From: Spirochaetota bacterium
Lineage (GTDB): Bacteria; Spirochaetota; UBA4802; UB4802
DNA: 64,000 nt
Reading direction: 5' to 3'
NCBI GenBank assembly: GCA_037481795.1
Contig: JBBFLA010000006.1
Coordinates: forward strand, 10,910-74,909
Part shown: positions 40,290 to 49,915 of the stretch, one piece after another
Layout of the letters: the number at the start of each line of letters is the position of its first letter
How positions within the stretch are numbered: position 1 is the stretch's first letter
Program-made: the position numbers and the translations under genes
Notes under the pieces: model-generated
Told to the model about the DNA's origin: nothing
Database searches by the model: none
Seen by the model: only the letters and a program-made list of their open reading frames with translations

Positions 40290-42428
40290 TTATTTATTTG
40301 CGTCTTCTTCAGCAAATTCTTTCTTGCGTTCTTCAATAACTTTTTCAGCAATCCTGCCTGAAATTGGCTCATAATGTGAAAAGCGCATTTCAAAGGTAGC
40401 CTTACCACTTGTCATTGCACGCAGGTCAATTGAATATCGCAGCATCTCGGCCAGTGGCACCAGCGCTTTAACTACTGATATTGGGGATTTCCCTTCCTCA
40501 TCCGAACTTCCCATGCCCAGTACCTTGCCACGGCGGCTGGTGATATCATTCAAAATATCACCCATTGAATCCTTTTCAACATACACATCCACTTCCATGA
40601 TGGGCTCTAACAGAATGGGACCTGCAGCTTCAAGACCTTTTTTCAATGCCTGTCGCGCTGCAATTTTAAATGACATTTCAGAAGAATCAACAGGATGATA
40701 TGAACCATAGTAAAGCTCAACCGAAACATCCACAACCGGAAAGCGTGCAAGCACACCCTCATCCATTCCTTCTCGCAATCCCTTTTCAACAGCCGGTATG
40801 AAGTTACGTGGAATAACACCGCCAACAATGCTGTCTATAAATTCAAATCCTTTGCCACGTTCAAGTGGTGCAACTCTTATAAATACTTCACCATATTGCC
40901 CATGTCCACCTGTCTGCTTTTTGTGCTTATACTGAGCTTCAGCTTTTTTGGTGATAGTTTCCCTGTATGCAATCTTAGGTTCGGACGTAACAAGCTCAAT
41001 TTTATTCTTTTCTTTTATGGATTTCAATATAATATCCAGCTGCATTTCACCCATTCCTGACAGAACAGTTTGTTTGGTTTCAGGATTAAATATATAGGTG
41101 ATAGTTGGGTTTTCATCAGTTATTCGTGAGAATATCTGGCCAATTTTATCTTCATCGCCCTTCTTGGATGCCTGTACCGCATATGAAAACACAGGATTTG
41201 GTAACTGTATTATTGGCAACAACACTGAATGCTTTGTATCACATAATGTATCAAGAGTTGCTGTTCTATCCAGTTTAACAACAACACCAATATCACCAGG
41301 AAGAAGTTTTGGCACTTCAACCGGTTTGTTGCCAATCATAGTATATAGTTTTGTAACGCGTTCTTTATAATTCTTGGTGGAATTTAATACTTCAGTTTCA
41401 GGTAATAATGTTCCAGAAATGATTTTCAAATAATTGAATCTGCCAGCATACTGGTCAATGTATGTTTTCCATACAACTGCAGCAAATGGTGCATCAGGTT
41501 TTGATGTAATAACCACTTTTTCTTCTTTATTGTTGGGATTTAGACCTTCAATCTGTTTGTTTAATTCCCATGCAGGAACATAATTTTTAATAACGTTAAG
41601 CAAATTCTTTATACCAATAGCTTTCAGTGAAGAACCACAAATAACCGGAAAGACCTCTGCTCTTGCAACAAGTTCTTTCAAGCCTTTTTTCATTTCATCT
41701 TCAGTTAATGGTTCACCCTCTAAATACTTTTCTATCAGTGCGTCATCGCCTTCAGCTGATAGTTCCATCAGACTATTGCGTGCATCTTCTGCAGCCTTTT
41801 TCAAATCTGCCGGGATATCGCTTGCTTGAATTTTGCCATCAGGTTTAGGCATCATAGCCTTCATTTCAATCAGGTCAATAACACCGCTGTGTTTATCAGC
41901 TTCACCAACAGGAATGCAAACAGCTGCAAATTTAGCATTAAAATGGGATCTCAGGTTATCAATAATAGCATTGAAATTTGCCCGTTCTTTATCCATTTTG
42001 TTTATAAAAATGATTCGTGGAATCTTTTTTGATTCTAAATAACGCCACACTTTTTCAGTTTCTATCTGTACACCATCAACTGCATCAACCACTACTATAG
42101 CTGCTTCGGCCACCTGAATAGCGGCTCGTGCTTCACCAACAAAATCTGACATACCAGGTGTATCAATAATATTTATTTTAACATCATCTATCTCAACATA
42201 ACCCAGTGCACTACGAATTGACATTTTCCTGCTTTTTTCTTCCTCATCATAATCCGATGTCAGCGACCCGTCATCCGGCTTGCCAATTTTGTCAATTTGA
42301 CCACCTATAAACAACATTGCATCAAATAATGTAGATTTTCCGGTACTTCCATGCCCCACAATGGTAACAGTTCTAACGTTTTCAGTAGAATATTCTTTTA
42401 GCATCATACCCTCCAGCGTACTATTCAC
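40290..42428 (-). CDS. elongation factor G paralog (EF-G2-like translational GTPase)
   Basis: G1 GHGSTGKST, G3 DTPG and G4 NKMD motifs, with EF-G domains II-V. The likely true start is the second/third Met (MMLKEYS, about 42404) after a GGAG. Confidence 0.85.
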   Translation of the reverse strand: MNSTLEGMMLKEYSTENVRTVTIVGHGSTGKSTLFDAMLFIGGQIDKIGKPDDGSLTSDYDEEEKSRKMSIRSALGYVEIDDVKINIIDTPGMSDFVGEARAAIQVAEAAIVVVDAVDGVQIETEKVWRYLESKKIPRIIFINKMDKERANFNAIIDNLRSHFNAKFAAVCIPVGEADKHSGVIDLIEMKAMMPKPDGKIQASDIPADLKKAAEDARNSLMELSAEGDDALIEKYLEGEPLTEDEMKKGLKELVARAEVFPVICGSSLKAIGIKNLLNVIKNYVPAWELNKQIEGLNPNNKEEKVVITSKPDAPFAAVVWKTYIDQYAGRFNYLKIISGTLLPETEVLNSTKNYKERVTKLYTMIGNKPVEVPKLLPGDIGVVVKLDRTATLDTLCDTKHSVLLPIIQLPNPVFSYAVQASKKGDEDKIGQIFSRITDENPTITYIFNPETKQTVLSGMGEMQLDIILKSIKEKNKIELVTSEPKIAYRETITKKAEAQYKHKKQTGGHGQYGEVFIRVAPLERGKGFEFIDSIVGGVIPRNFIPAVEKGLREGMDEGVLARFPVVDVSVELYYGSYHPVDSSEMSFKIAARQALKKGLEAAGPILLEPIMEVDVYVEKDSMGDILNDITSRRGKVLGMGSSDEEGKSPISVVKALVPLAEMLRYSIDLRAMTSGKATFEMRFSHYEPISGRIAEKVIEERKKEFAEEDANK

Positions 42429-42677
42429 TAAATTAAAATGAGATATTCTCTTTTAGGACGAAAAGACAAAAGCTTTTGCAGAAAAGTAAAATGCTATATG
42501 TTTTTTGTAAAGTATTTTATTTTATAAAATTGAAAGCTATAGCACAAGTTCACAAAGAATATTCATAATCAAGTTAGAAAAGTAGTTTAATAAAACATTA
42601 TCTTTTGAAAAACAAAAGTTTTTCTTACCACTTCCTGGTATCGTAGTTATGTAGCAGTATAGTATAGTGATAGGCAG

Positions 42678-43130
42678 TTACTGTGCTGCTTTTTGTAGTA
42701 ATTCTGGTGGTGGTCCCCAGTAAAATTGACAACACGGGATGCCTTCTTCTAAATAAAATGAAAATGTGTAGCCACTAAAACGATAGTTATCGGTATTATC
42801 TTCACTGTCTAAGGCTGCAAGATAATCATAAAGATAATTCTCTACACAATAGGCTATAACCTTTGCCAAAGACATCTTACAGACTTTGCGCACATCCATC
42901 ACAAACTCATACTCGTTCTCATACAAATAAAGATGCACCCGCTTCCAAGCTTGATACCGCTTTCTATATTTCAATCGCGAATAACTTTTTACCGGTATAT
43001 GTTTATACGACAGCACATAGTTTATGAAATTAATAATAAATGTATGAAGCGATAGTTTACGGATAGTGGCATTTTCTTGTAAAAGCTCTAAGTGTTCATA
43101 GGCAATACAGGTAGTCGTTTCTATATTCAT
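42678..43130 (-). CDS. hypothetical protein
   Basis: No recognisable motif; 150 aa. Confidence 0.35.
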   Translation of the reverse strand: MNIETTTCIAYEHLELLQENATIRKLSLHTFIINFINYVLSYKHIPVKSYSRLKYRKRYQAWKRVHLYLYENEYEFVMDVRKVCKMSLAKVIAYCVENYLYDYLAALDSEDNTDNYRFSGYTFSFYLEEGIPCCQFYWGPPPELLQKAAQ

Positions 43131-43421
43131 GTGTTTCCTCCAAAGTATATATATAATACAACAATACTACTACTGAAACAAATTTCAACTAGAAATTGAA
43201 TATTGTAAAAAAATAAAAAAACAAGTATTACGGGATTCCTTCAAGCAAATAGAATTGTAAATATAACTTGGTATGAGGTTTTACAGGGATAACTTACTGT
43301 AGTACGTTCTAACTTGAACGTGCACAACTTCATAAGAACTATATATAAAAAAGACTTGCAATTACGCCTTCTTTTTAGTATACGTTAAGAAGATAGTATA
43401 TCTGCAAATTTTTTATTCATT

Positions 43422-43814
43422 TTGATTATCATGGAAAGTACATTAGAAAAAATTCAATTCAGGCTAAACCAGAGCAGAGAAAAAATTAAGCTGGCTTCTA
43501 TTTTCCTTGATAAGAAGAAATATTGTGATTCGGTTTTGGCTTCTTACAGGGCAATTTTTTACGCTATCCGTGTGTTTTTAGTTGATAAAGATATAGATTC
43601 AGATGATCCAGACAGGATTATAGAAATATTTGAAAAATATTTACAATCTACATTATTTGGGAATACAAAAATTATTGAAATTGCAAAGCAATCAAAAGAG
43701 ATCAAGGATTATGCTGTTAATTCAAATGGTCAGATCCAGTATGAACAAGCTGAAGTGATGCTGAACAATGCAACAGCAATTTTACATGAAGTTGAGCGGT
43801 ATTACTCACATTAA
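43422..43814 (+). CDS. HEPN-like small all-alpha protein (degenerate Rx4-6H)
   Basis: N-terminal helix pattern LASIFLDKKKYCDSVLASYRAIFYAIRVFL is typical of HEPN. The C-terminal region ends HEVERYYSH with only R-x3-H. Confidence 0.3.
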   Translation: MIIMESTLEKIQFRLNQSREKIKLASIFLDKKKYCDSVLASYRAIFYAIRVFLVDKDIDSDDPDRIIEIFEKYLQSTLFGNTKIIEIAKQSKEIKDYAVNSNGQIQYEQAEVMLNNATAILHEVERYYSH

Positions 43815-44221
43815 CCACTTTTCCATTGGGCACCATCATTGAAATATTCCTTTTTCCATATAGGAACACTTTTTTTTAATTCATCAATTATAAACTGAGA
43901 TGCATTAAACGCCTCTTTTCGATGCATGGCAGTAACAATAATTACCACGCTTGCCTGCCCTATATCCACCCGGCCTAATCGATGTACCACAATGCAATCA
44001 TTAATGGTAAATTGTTCTGAAGCATTCTGAATAATTCTATTCAGTTCTTTTATTGCCATTGATTGATGTGCTTCATATTCTAAGTATACTACTTCCCTGC
44101 CATTGTCAATATTCCGTGGTCTGCCAATAAAACAAACCACCGCACCATCGGAAGGGTTTGTGCACTGTGCCAGCAATGCATCCACATTAATTGGCTCATA
44201 TTGTAATGTACACTGTATCAT
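43811..44221 (-). CDS. moaE: molybdopterin synthase catalytic subunit MoaE
   Basis: MoaE-family fold residues (VVCFIGRPRN, HRKEAF). Its stop overlaps the HEPN-like stop (convergent, 4 bp). Confidence 0.8.
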   Translation of the reverse strand: MIQCTLQYEPINVDALLAQCTNPSDGAVVCFIGRPRNIDNGREVVYLEYEAHQSMAIKELNRIIQNASEQFTINDCIVVHRLGRVDIGQASVVIIVTAMHRKEAFNASQFIIDELKKSVPIWKKEYFNDGAQWKSG

Positions 44222-44228
44222 AGAAAAA

Positions 44229-44474
44229 TCAGCCTCCTCCTACGGGAGGGATAATGTCAACAACATCATTTTCATGGATTACCGCATCAGGGGAACAATA
44301 CTCTTCATTTATTGCTACAAATATAGTTTTGGCAATACGCTTAAATTCTTGATTTGAATGCGCTAAAAGACGTACCAGTTCAGACGCTGTTATATCACTT
44401 TCTACATCAAATTGTTTTTCCCTGAAGCCTAACACTTCAGCTGCTTCAGCAAATGCCTGTACTACAATTTTCAT
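44229..44474 (-). CDS. moaD: molybdopterin synthase sulfur-carrier subunit MoaD
   Basis: 81 aa beta-grasp ending ...IIPPVGGG (C-terminal Gly-Gly). Confidence 0.7.
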   Translation of the reverse strand: MKIVVQAFAEAAEVLGFREKQFDVESDITASELVRLLAHSNQEFKRIAKTIFVAINEEYCSPDAVIHENDVVDIIPPVGGG

Positions 44475-44480
44475 AATTTT

Positions 44481-44771
44481 TTATTTTTTCTTGGTGTTTC
44501 GTTTTTTCATAAAAAGGTAATGTTTCACATAAGGGTGAAACATCTCCGGTAGTGTTGTCAGCTCTAATTCATCTGAGTGATCAATAATCTGATTAATAAG
44601 ATTTTTGGTCAAATCCTCTTCAGCAGAATCTATTACAGTCCTGAAACGTTTTACCACCTCTTTGTCAACAGCATCAACAGAAAGTTTATTCATAACTGTA
44701 CATAATTTCAAAAGATTTGTTTTTCTTTTACCTTTTGACTGTGGCTTTTTTGAATCCTTCTTCAATGGCAT
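44481..44771 (-). CDS. hypothetical basic protein
   Basis: Lys-rich termini. Start set at MPLKK (GGGAGG SD 9 nt upstream) rather than the ORF-track start at 44804. Confidence 0.35.
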   Translation of the reverse strand: MPLKKDSKKPQSKGKRKTNLLKLCTVMNKLSVDAVDKEVVKRFRTVIDSAEEDLTKNLINQIIDHSDELELTTLPEMFHPYVKHYLFMKKRNTKKK

Positions 44772-45026
44772 GAGACAATTACCTCCCAAAAAAATAATCT
44801 GCAATGTTAAAAGTATTCTATATTATGTAAAGATTAATTTCAAAAAAATATAAACAATAATAATGTTAAAAACTATGTATTCCCATATACAAAAATTATG
44901 GAAGAAAAATATGAAATTCATATGTTGATTCTTATACCACAAAATTTTTTTATAATAATTACTGTTTTAAAAATATTCTTTTACCGAAACATGTAATGTA
45001 TCATTCTTTATGCAGGAGAAACGTAT

Positions 45027-45158
45027 ATGAAATGTGACAAATGCGGTTGCAAGATAAACCAATTAAATCATTATTATATTCCTGATCCAAAACACCATAA
45101 AGGGAAACGATATTGTATCCGTTGTGCTAAAGAAGAAAATATCATAACGCTCATTTAA
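45027..45158 (+). CDS. 43-aa zinc-ribbon protein (not in ORF track)
   Basis: MKCDKCGCKINQLNHYYIPDPKHHKGKRYCIRCAKEENIITLI has a CxxC...CxxC layout. AGGAGA SD at 45014-45019 with 7-nt spacing. Confidence 0.45.
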   Translation: MKCDKCGCKINQLNHYYIPDPKHHKGKRYCIRCAKEENIITLI

Positions 45159-45261
45159 CTGCAATAAATAGCTTTTTCTTAAAAACTTTTTTGCATAACA
45201 GCTACTACAACTAAAAACATTTAGCTTGACATAGAAACATAATTCATGCCACAATTTAAGT

Positions 45262-46365
45262 ATGACAAGCAATCAAATTACAATTTTAATTGTGGATGAT
45301 GAAGAAAAGATCTGTAACAGATTGGCATCTGTCATCCAGAGAGAAGGTTATTCTGTTACAGCAACCACGCAACCTGATAAGGCAATTGAATTTCTTTCAC
45401 AGCAGCCATTTGATATAATTTTAACAGACCTCAATATGCCACAAAAAAGTGGCTTTCAGATAATGGAATTTATTCAGCAGGCAGGACTTAATGTTCTTAT
45501 TATAGTCATCACAGGCTATGCTTCTGTTGATACTGCAATACAATCAATCAAATTAGGCGCTTACGACTTCATACAGAAACCATTTGATATAGAAACACTT
45601 AAGTTAACCATTAAGCGTGCAGCATTAACAATAAAACTCAGGCGAGAAAACGAACGATATATTGAAGAATTGAAAAAACTTAATACCTTAAAAAATGAAT
45701 TTATATCAGTAGTATCACATGACCTTCGCTCACCGCTTGCAACTATTGGTGCCTATGTTAAATATCTTACTAAAAAAGACGATTTCCCTCAACAGTATGT
45801 ACGATATCTTCATATCATAGGCGAAATTGCAGAAAATTTATATTCACTGGTTAATGAATTGCTGGATATTTCAAAAATTGAATTAGGTATTTTACATTTA
45901 AACTATGAGGATGTTGATATTAATGCTGTTATACATTCAACAATTGAAAATTTTTCAACACTGGCAAAAGAAAAATATAATGAAATTGTATATACACAAA
46001 AACCTGATAATCCTATTATCAGAATTGATAAAATTAAAATTATGCAGGTTCTGAACAATCTTATAAGCAATGCAATTAAATTTACTGAAAATGGTACAAT
46101 AGAAGTTTCTGCGGTTTCCAGCAATAACGGGATAATCATTAATGTTAAAGATAACGGCATGGGAATTGACGAAGAATTAAAAAAAAGTATTCTTGACCCA
46201 TATACCATTTTCCATACTAACGGTACCCGTGGTGAAACGGGAACTGGTCTAGGGCTTGCCATATGCAAGCGTTTTGTAGAACTTCACGGAGGAAACATTG
46301 CACTTGAAAGTGAGCTTGGGAAGGGCAGCACTTTTACAATATATATTCCTCATGCAAAACAGTGA
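45262..46365 (+). CDS. hybrid response-regulator receiver / histidine kinase (REC-HisKA-HATPase_c)
   Basis: Receiver D-box region ILIVDDE...DIILTDLNMP, H-box SHDLRSPL, N-box NLISNAIKFT and G-boxes DNGMGI / GTGLGL. Confidence 0.8.
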   Translation: MTSNQITILIVDDEEKICNRLASVIQREGYSVTATTQPDKAIEFLSQQPFDIILTDLNMPQKSGFQIMEFIQQAGLNVLIIVITGYASVDTAIQSIKLGAYDFIQKPFDIETLKLTIKRAALTIKLRRENERYIEELKKLNTLKNEFISVVSHDLRSPLATIGAYVKYLTKKDDFPQQYVRYLHIIGEIAENLYSLVNELLDISKIELGILHLNYEDVDINAVIHSTIENFSTLAKEKYNEIVYTQKPDNPIIRIDKIKIMQVLNNLISNAIKFTENGTIEVSAVSSNNGIIINVKDNGMGIDEELKKSILDPYTIFHTNGTRGETGTGLGLAICKRFVELHGGNIALESELGKGSTFTIYIPHAKQ

Positions 46366-47456
46366 TAAGTGCCAATATCATGAAAAAAATTTTTACAGTC
46401 AGTTTTTCTAAACGCTTCCCACTATTGATAATAGTAACTATCACATCCTGTATTATTGCAGTAAGCTTTATAACAATTAAAACAATTTCCCGGATATATA
46501 CAACTTCACTTGATTATGCACACAAGACAACCATTGAGCACATTGAATCCATGAGCATGGTGCTATATAATTTTTTGAATAAAGCATATACTGATAACAA
46601 AACTTATGAAGATGAATTATTAATGCCTGTTAAAAACAATATCTCAGTGTATACCGCATATATTGTGAAGCCAACTGATGATGACAGGAACTATACGGTA
46701 AAGAAAGTTATTAAAGGAAAACCACAGATAAAAAATTTAACCCGTGTTGATACATCACATGAGTTCTTGATACGCAAAGGTTGTGCGTATGTTACCATTA
46801 ATCCTGCAATAGAAAAACAGGGCACCATTACCTATATCGAAAGTTATATACCACTTCATGGCAATAACAAAACACAGTGTTTAATTATACAGTGGCTTGC
46901 ACCCAATATTGCAATCTTACAACAAAAACATGACTTGCTCATAAAAACATTAATGCAGACTATTGCCATCGTCATTTCGGCAACCATCATTATCATTATT
47001 GTTATCTCAATCATTCAGTCATACCGAACAAAATCACTTATTCAGGAACTATCGCACAGTATTCAAAGCATTGCAACAGGCTCTCTGGATATTGCCCTTA
47101 ATGATAGCAGTGATACTGAACTTAAAACTATTGCAACCTCATTTAACAGTCTTGTGGAAAAGATAAAACACAGTGACCAGATGTTACACACAATTAAAGA
47201 AGAAACACTGACAGACATTTTTAAAAAAGGTGTTGGGTTGCTAAAAGATGGAAAGCTGGATGAAGCCCTGGCTTGTTTTACTGTGACCATACTGTATAAG
47301 CCTCAAAGCTTTGCAAGTTATTTTAATGCTGGCGTGTGTTTAGCAAAAAAAGGGCAGTTTAATGATGCACTGCAATACTTTGAAAAAGCAAGGGAACTAA
47401 ACCCTGACAATGAACTGGTCCTGCGCTATATTGGTAAAATAAAAGCAATACAATGA
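46362..47456 (+). CDS. membrane protein with periplasmic sensor-like domain, HAMP-like linker and C-terminal TPR
   Basis: Two TM helices flank a roughly 170-aa loop. The C-terminus has TPR-like helices. Translationally coupled to the kinase (4-bp overlap). Confidence 0.45.
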   Translation: MISANIMKKIFTVSFSKRFPLLIIVTITSCIIAVSFITIKTISRIYTTSLDYAHKTTIEHIESMSMVLYNFLNKAYTDNKTYEDELLMPVKNNISVYTAYIVKPTDDDRNYTVKKVIKGKPQIKNLTRVDTSHEFLIRKGCAYVTINPAIEKQGTITYIESYIPLHGNNKTQCLIIQWLAPNIAILQQKHDLLIKTLMQTIAIVISATIIIIIVISIIQSYRTKSLIQELSHSIQSIATGSLDIALNDSSDTELKTIATSFNSLVEKIKHSDQMLHTIKEETLTDIFKKGVGLLKDGKLDEALACFTVTILYKPQSFASYFNAGVCLAKKGQFNDALQYFEKARELNPDNELVLRYIGKIKAIQ

Positions 47457-47469
47457 CACAATGCAGTAA

Positions 47470-49266
47470 ATGAACAACAATCTTGAACAGAAAATAAAGA
47501 ACCTGCCATTAAAACCCGGTGTATATCTTTTTATTAATCAGAAAAAAGAGATTATCTACATTGGTAAAGCTTCATCATTAAAGAAACGAGTTGCTTCGTA
47601 CTTTCAGAAAAATTTGGATGCAAAAACACGCGTCCTTGTTTCACATATTTCTGATATTGACTACATTGTTACTCAGAGTGAAATTGAAGCTCTGTTATTA
47701 GAAAGCTCCTTAATAAAGAAACACAAACCAAAATATAACATACAGCAGAAAGATGATAAGCGTTTCCCGTATATTGCCATAACGCTACATGAAAAATACC
47801 CGCGGGTAATTTTTACGCGCAGGCTTGTCCATAATGGCGATAGATACTATGGACCCTACACCGATGCTCATGCAGCGCGCAAAACGGTAACACTGCTCAA
47901 TAAAACCTTTAAGCTTAAAACATGCACCAGGGATTTACCCTTAAAGCCACATGAGAGGCCCTGTCTTAATCATCAGATGGGACGATGTCAGGGTGTATGC
48001 ACTGGCATTGTTACTGAAGATGAATATCGCAGTGTGATAGATACTGTTATGCAATTTCTGGATGGCACTATTGACCCGGTGCTTGAAAATCTTACGGCAC
48101 TTATGAATTCGTATTCACAGGCAATGCGTTTTGAAAGTGCAGCTTGTGTACGCGACATGATATTTGACATTCAGAAGATGCTGCAATCACAACACGTTGT
48201 TACACCATTGGGGCAAAATCAAGATTATATTGGCATTACCACACACAAGGATGAAGCGTATGTTCTGGTTTTCCAGTTCAGGCATGGCAGCCTGACAGGC
48301 AAACGTATCTTTGTGTATAATAATGCTCTTTACACCAGCCGTTCATCACTTATTGCACAGTTTATTGTTGAATACTATGCTAATAATGAACCACCACAAA
48401 CCATAGTCATTCCTGACATGATTGAAGACCGTAATATACTTGAAGAGTATTTAAGCGCTAAAACCTCTCAACCTGTACACACCGTTACTCCCAGAACAGA
48501 TCACGAAAAAGCTGTTATGCAAATGCTTCATAAGAATTTAGATCTGACCTTAGCTCAAAAGATTGCCCCAGGCTGGCAAAAGGCTCTTTTTGAATTACAG
48601 GAAGTGTTAAAACTTCCAGCGCTGCCCATGGATATAGAATGTTTTGATATATCAAACATTCAGGGAACCTTTGCTGTTGCCTCTATGGTGCATTTTACTG
48701 ATGGGATGCCAAACAAAAAGGAATACCGCCGCTACCGCATACGTGCATATTCCAAGCCAGACGATCCTGGCATGATTCACGAGGTTGTGGGAAGGCGCTT
48801 GCAACACCTTTTAAATGAAGGACTTCCAATTCCGGATCTACTGGTCATTGATGGCGGTAAGGGGCAACTTTCACGCGCACGTGAGGTGATGGAAGCGTTG
48901 GAATGCTCTGTCCCCGTTATAGCGCTTGCAAAACGGTTAGAAGAAATTTACCTGCCACAGGGCTCTGACCCCCTGCGCCTCCCCAGGACATCACCTGCAC
49001 TGAAACTACTGCAGACTATCCGTGATGAAGCCCATCGCTTTGCCATAACCTATCACCGCAACATTCGTGATAAAACCATGACTGCTTCTGTCCTTGATCA
49101 TATAGGCGGTGTTGGTGCTCAGTATAAAAAGAAACTGTTGCAAAGCTTTGACACAATAGAACACATCAAACAATCAGATGCAAAAACTATTGCTGAAAAA
49201 GCAAAGATTCCTGCATCAGTTGCTCATAAGATCTATGATTTTTTTCACAATGAGGAAAGCAATTAA
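47470..49266 (+). CDS. uvrC: excinuclease ABC subunit C
   Basis: N-terminal GIY-YIG (GVYLFINQKKEIIYIGKASSLKKRV), a UvrBC-interaction region and a C-terminal RNaseH-like/HhH region. Confidence 0.95.
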   Translation: MNNNLEQKIKNLPLKPGVYLFINQKKEIIYIGKASSLKKRVASYFQKNLDAKTRVLVSHISDIDYIVTQSEIEALLLESSLIKKHKPKYNIQQKDDKRFPYIAITLHEKYPRVIFTRRLVHNGDRYYGPYTDAHAARKTVTLLNKTFKLKTCTRDLPLKPHERPCLNHQMGRCQGVCTGIVTEDEYRSVIDTVMQFLDGTIDPVLENLTALMNSYSQAMRFESAACVRDMIFDIQKMLQSQHVVTPLGQNQDYIGITTHKDEAYVLVFQFRHGSLTGKRIFVYNNALYTSRSSLIAQFIVEYYANNEPPQTIVIPDMIEDRNILEEYLSAKTSQPVHTVTPRTDHEKAVMQMLHKNLDLTLAQKIAPGWQKALFELQEVLKLPALPMDIECFDISNIQGTFAVASMVHFTDGMPNKKEYRRYRIRAYSKPDDPGMIHEVVGRRLQHLLNEGLPIPDLLVIDGGKGQLSRAREVMEALECSVPVIALAKRLEEIYLPQGSDPLRLPRTSPALKLLQTIRDEAHRFAITYHRNIRDKTMTASVLDHIGGVGAQYKKKLLQSFDTIEHIKQSDAKTIAEKAKIPASVAHKIYDFFHNEESN

Positions 49267-49277
49267 AAGTTTTTGCA

Positions 49278-49316
49278 CAGTAACTATCGCCCAATAATAT
49301 TAATTTGCGATAGTCC
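49278..49316. repeat. inverted pair of the window-wide ACTATCGC motif forming a hairpin between convergent uvrC and marC
   Basis: CAGTAACTATCGCCC (49278-49292) ... GCGATAGTCC (49307-49316). The 8-bp arms ACTATCGC/GCGATAGT are separated by 16 nt. Confidence 0.6.
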
Positions 49317-49913
49317 ATTGATAATAAACTGAACTGCCATTGCCGAAAGGATAAGCCCCATAAGTTTGTGAATCACGGAAATCCCTGTTTGACCAAGCAT
49401 CTGCTGTAGCCTGCCAGCAAGTGCCATGACAACCATGGCAATAATGAATGTAACCGCTGATATAACCGATATTATGGCAAGCTTTATAACATCACCTTGC
49501 GCCTGCGAACTAAACATGAGCAGTGCAGCAATATTTCCCGGACCACACAAAAAGGGAATAGCAAGCGGAAACACGGCAATATCAGTGTCGGCCTCATATT
49601 CTTTATCGTCAAGCTTTTGCGTTCGCCGCGGCCGTGCAAGCAACATGTCCATGGCAATGACAAATAAAAGTATTCCCCCTGCAATCATAAATGCACCAGG
49701 CGTTATTCCGATGAAGCGTAAAAAAATATGAGCACTGAAAATGAAAAAGAGTGAAACAATAATTGATATGGCCGTGGATTTCACAATTACCTTTTTGCGA
49801 TACAATGCATCATACGGTGCTAAGTATGCCACAAATACAGGAATAAGGCCCAATGGGTCCACCACAAAGAAAAGCGTAAAGAATACCGCTGGTATAAACG
49901 TTGATTCAGGCAT
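49284..49913 (-). CDS. MarC-family (UPF0056) integral membrane protein
   Basis: Six-TM MarC topology. Confidence 0.7.
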   Translation of the reverse strand: MPESTFIPAVFFTLFFVVDPLGLIPVFVAYLAPYDALYRKKVIVKSTAISIIVSLFFIFSAHIFLRFIGITPGAFMIAGGILLFVIAMDMLLARPRRTQKLDDKEYEADTDIAVFPLAIPFLCGPGNIAALLMFSSQAQGDVIKLAIISVISAVTFIIAMVVMALAGRLQQMLGQTGISVIHKLMGLILSAMAVQFIINGLSQINIIGR

Positions 49914-49915
49914 AG

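Noticed and set aside
42467-42478. 12-bp perfect palindrome CAAAAGCTTTTG upstream of the EF-G paralog
   Set aside because: It is an A/T-run palindrome around a HindIII site, easily arising by chance in AT-rich DNA, and has no second copy.
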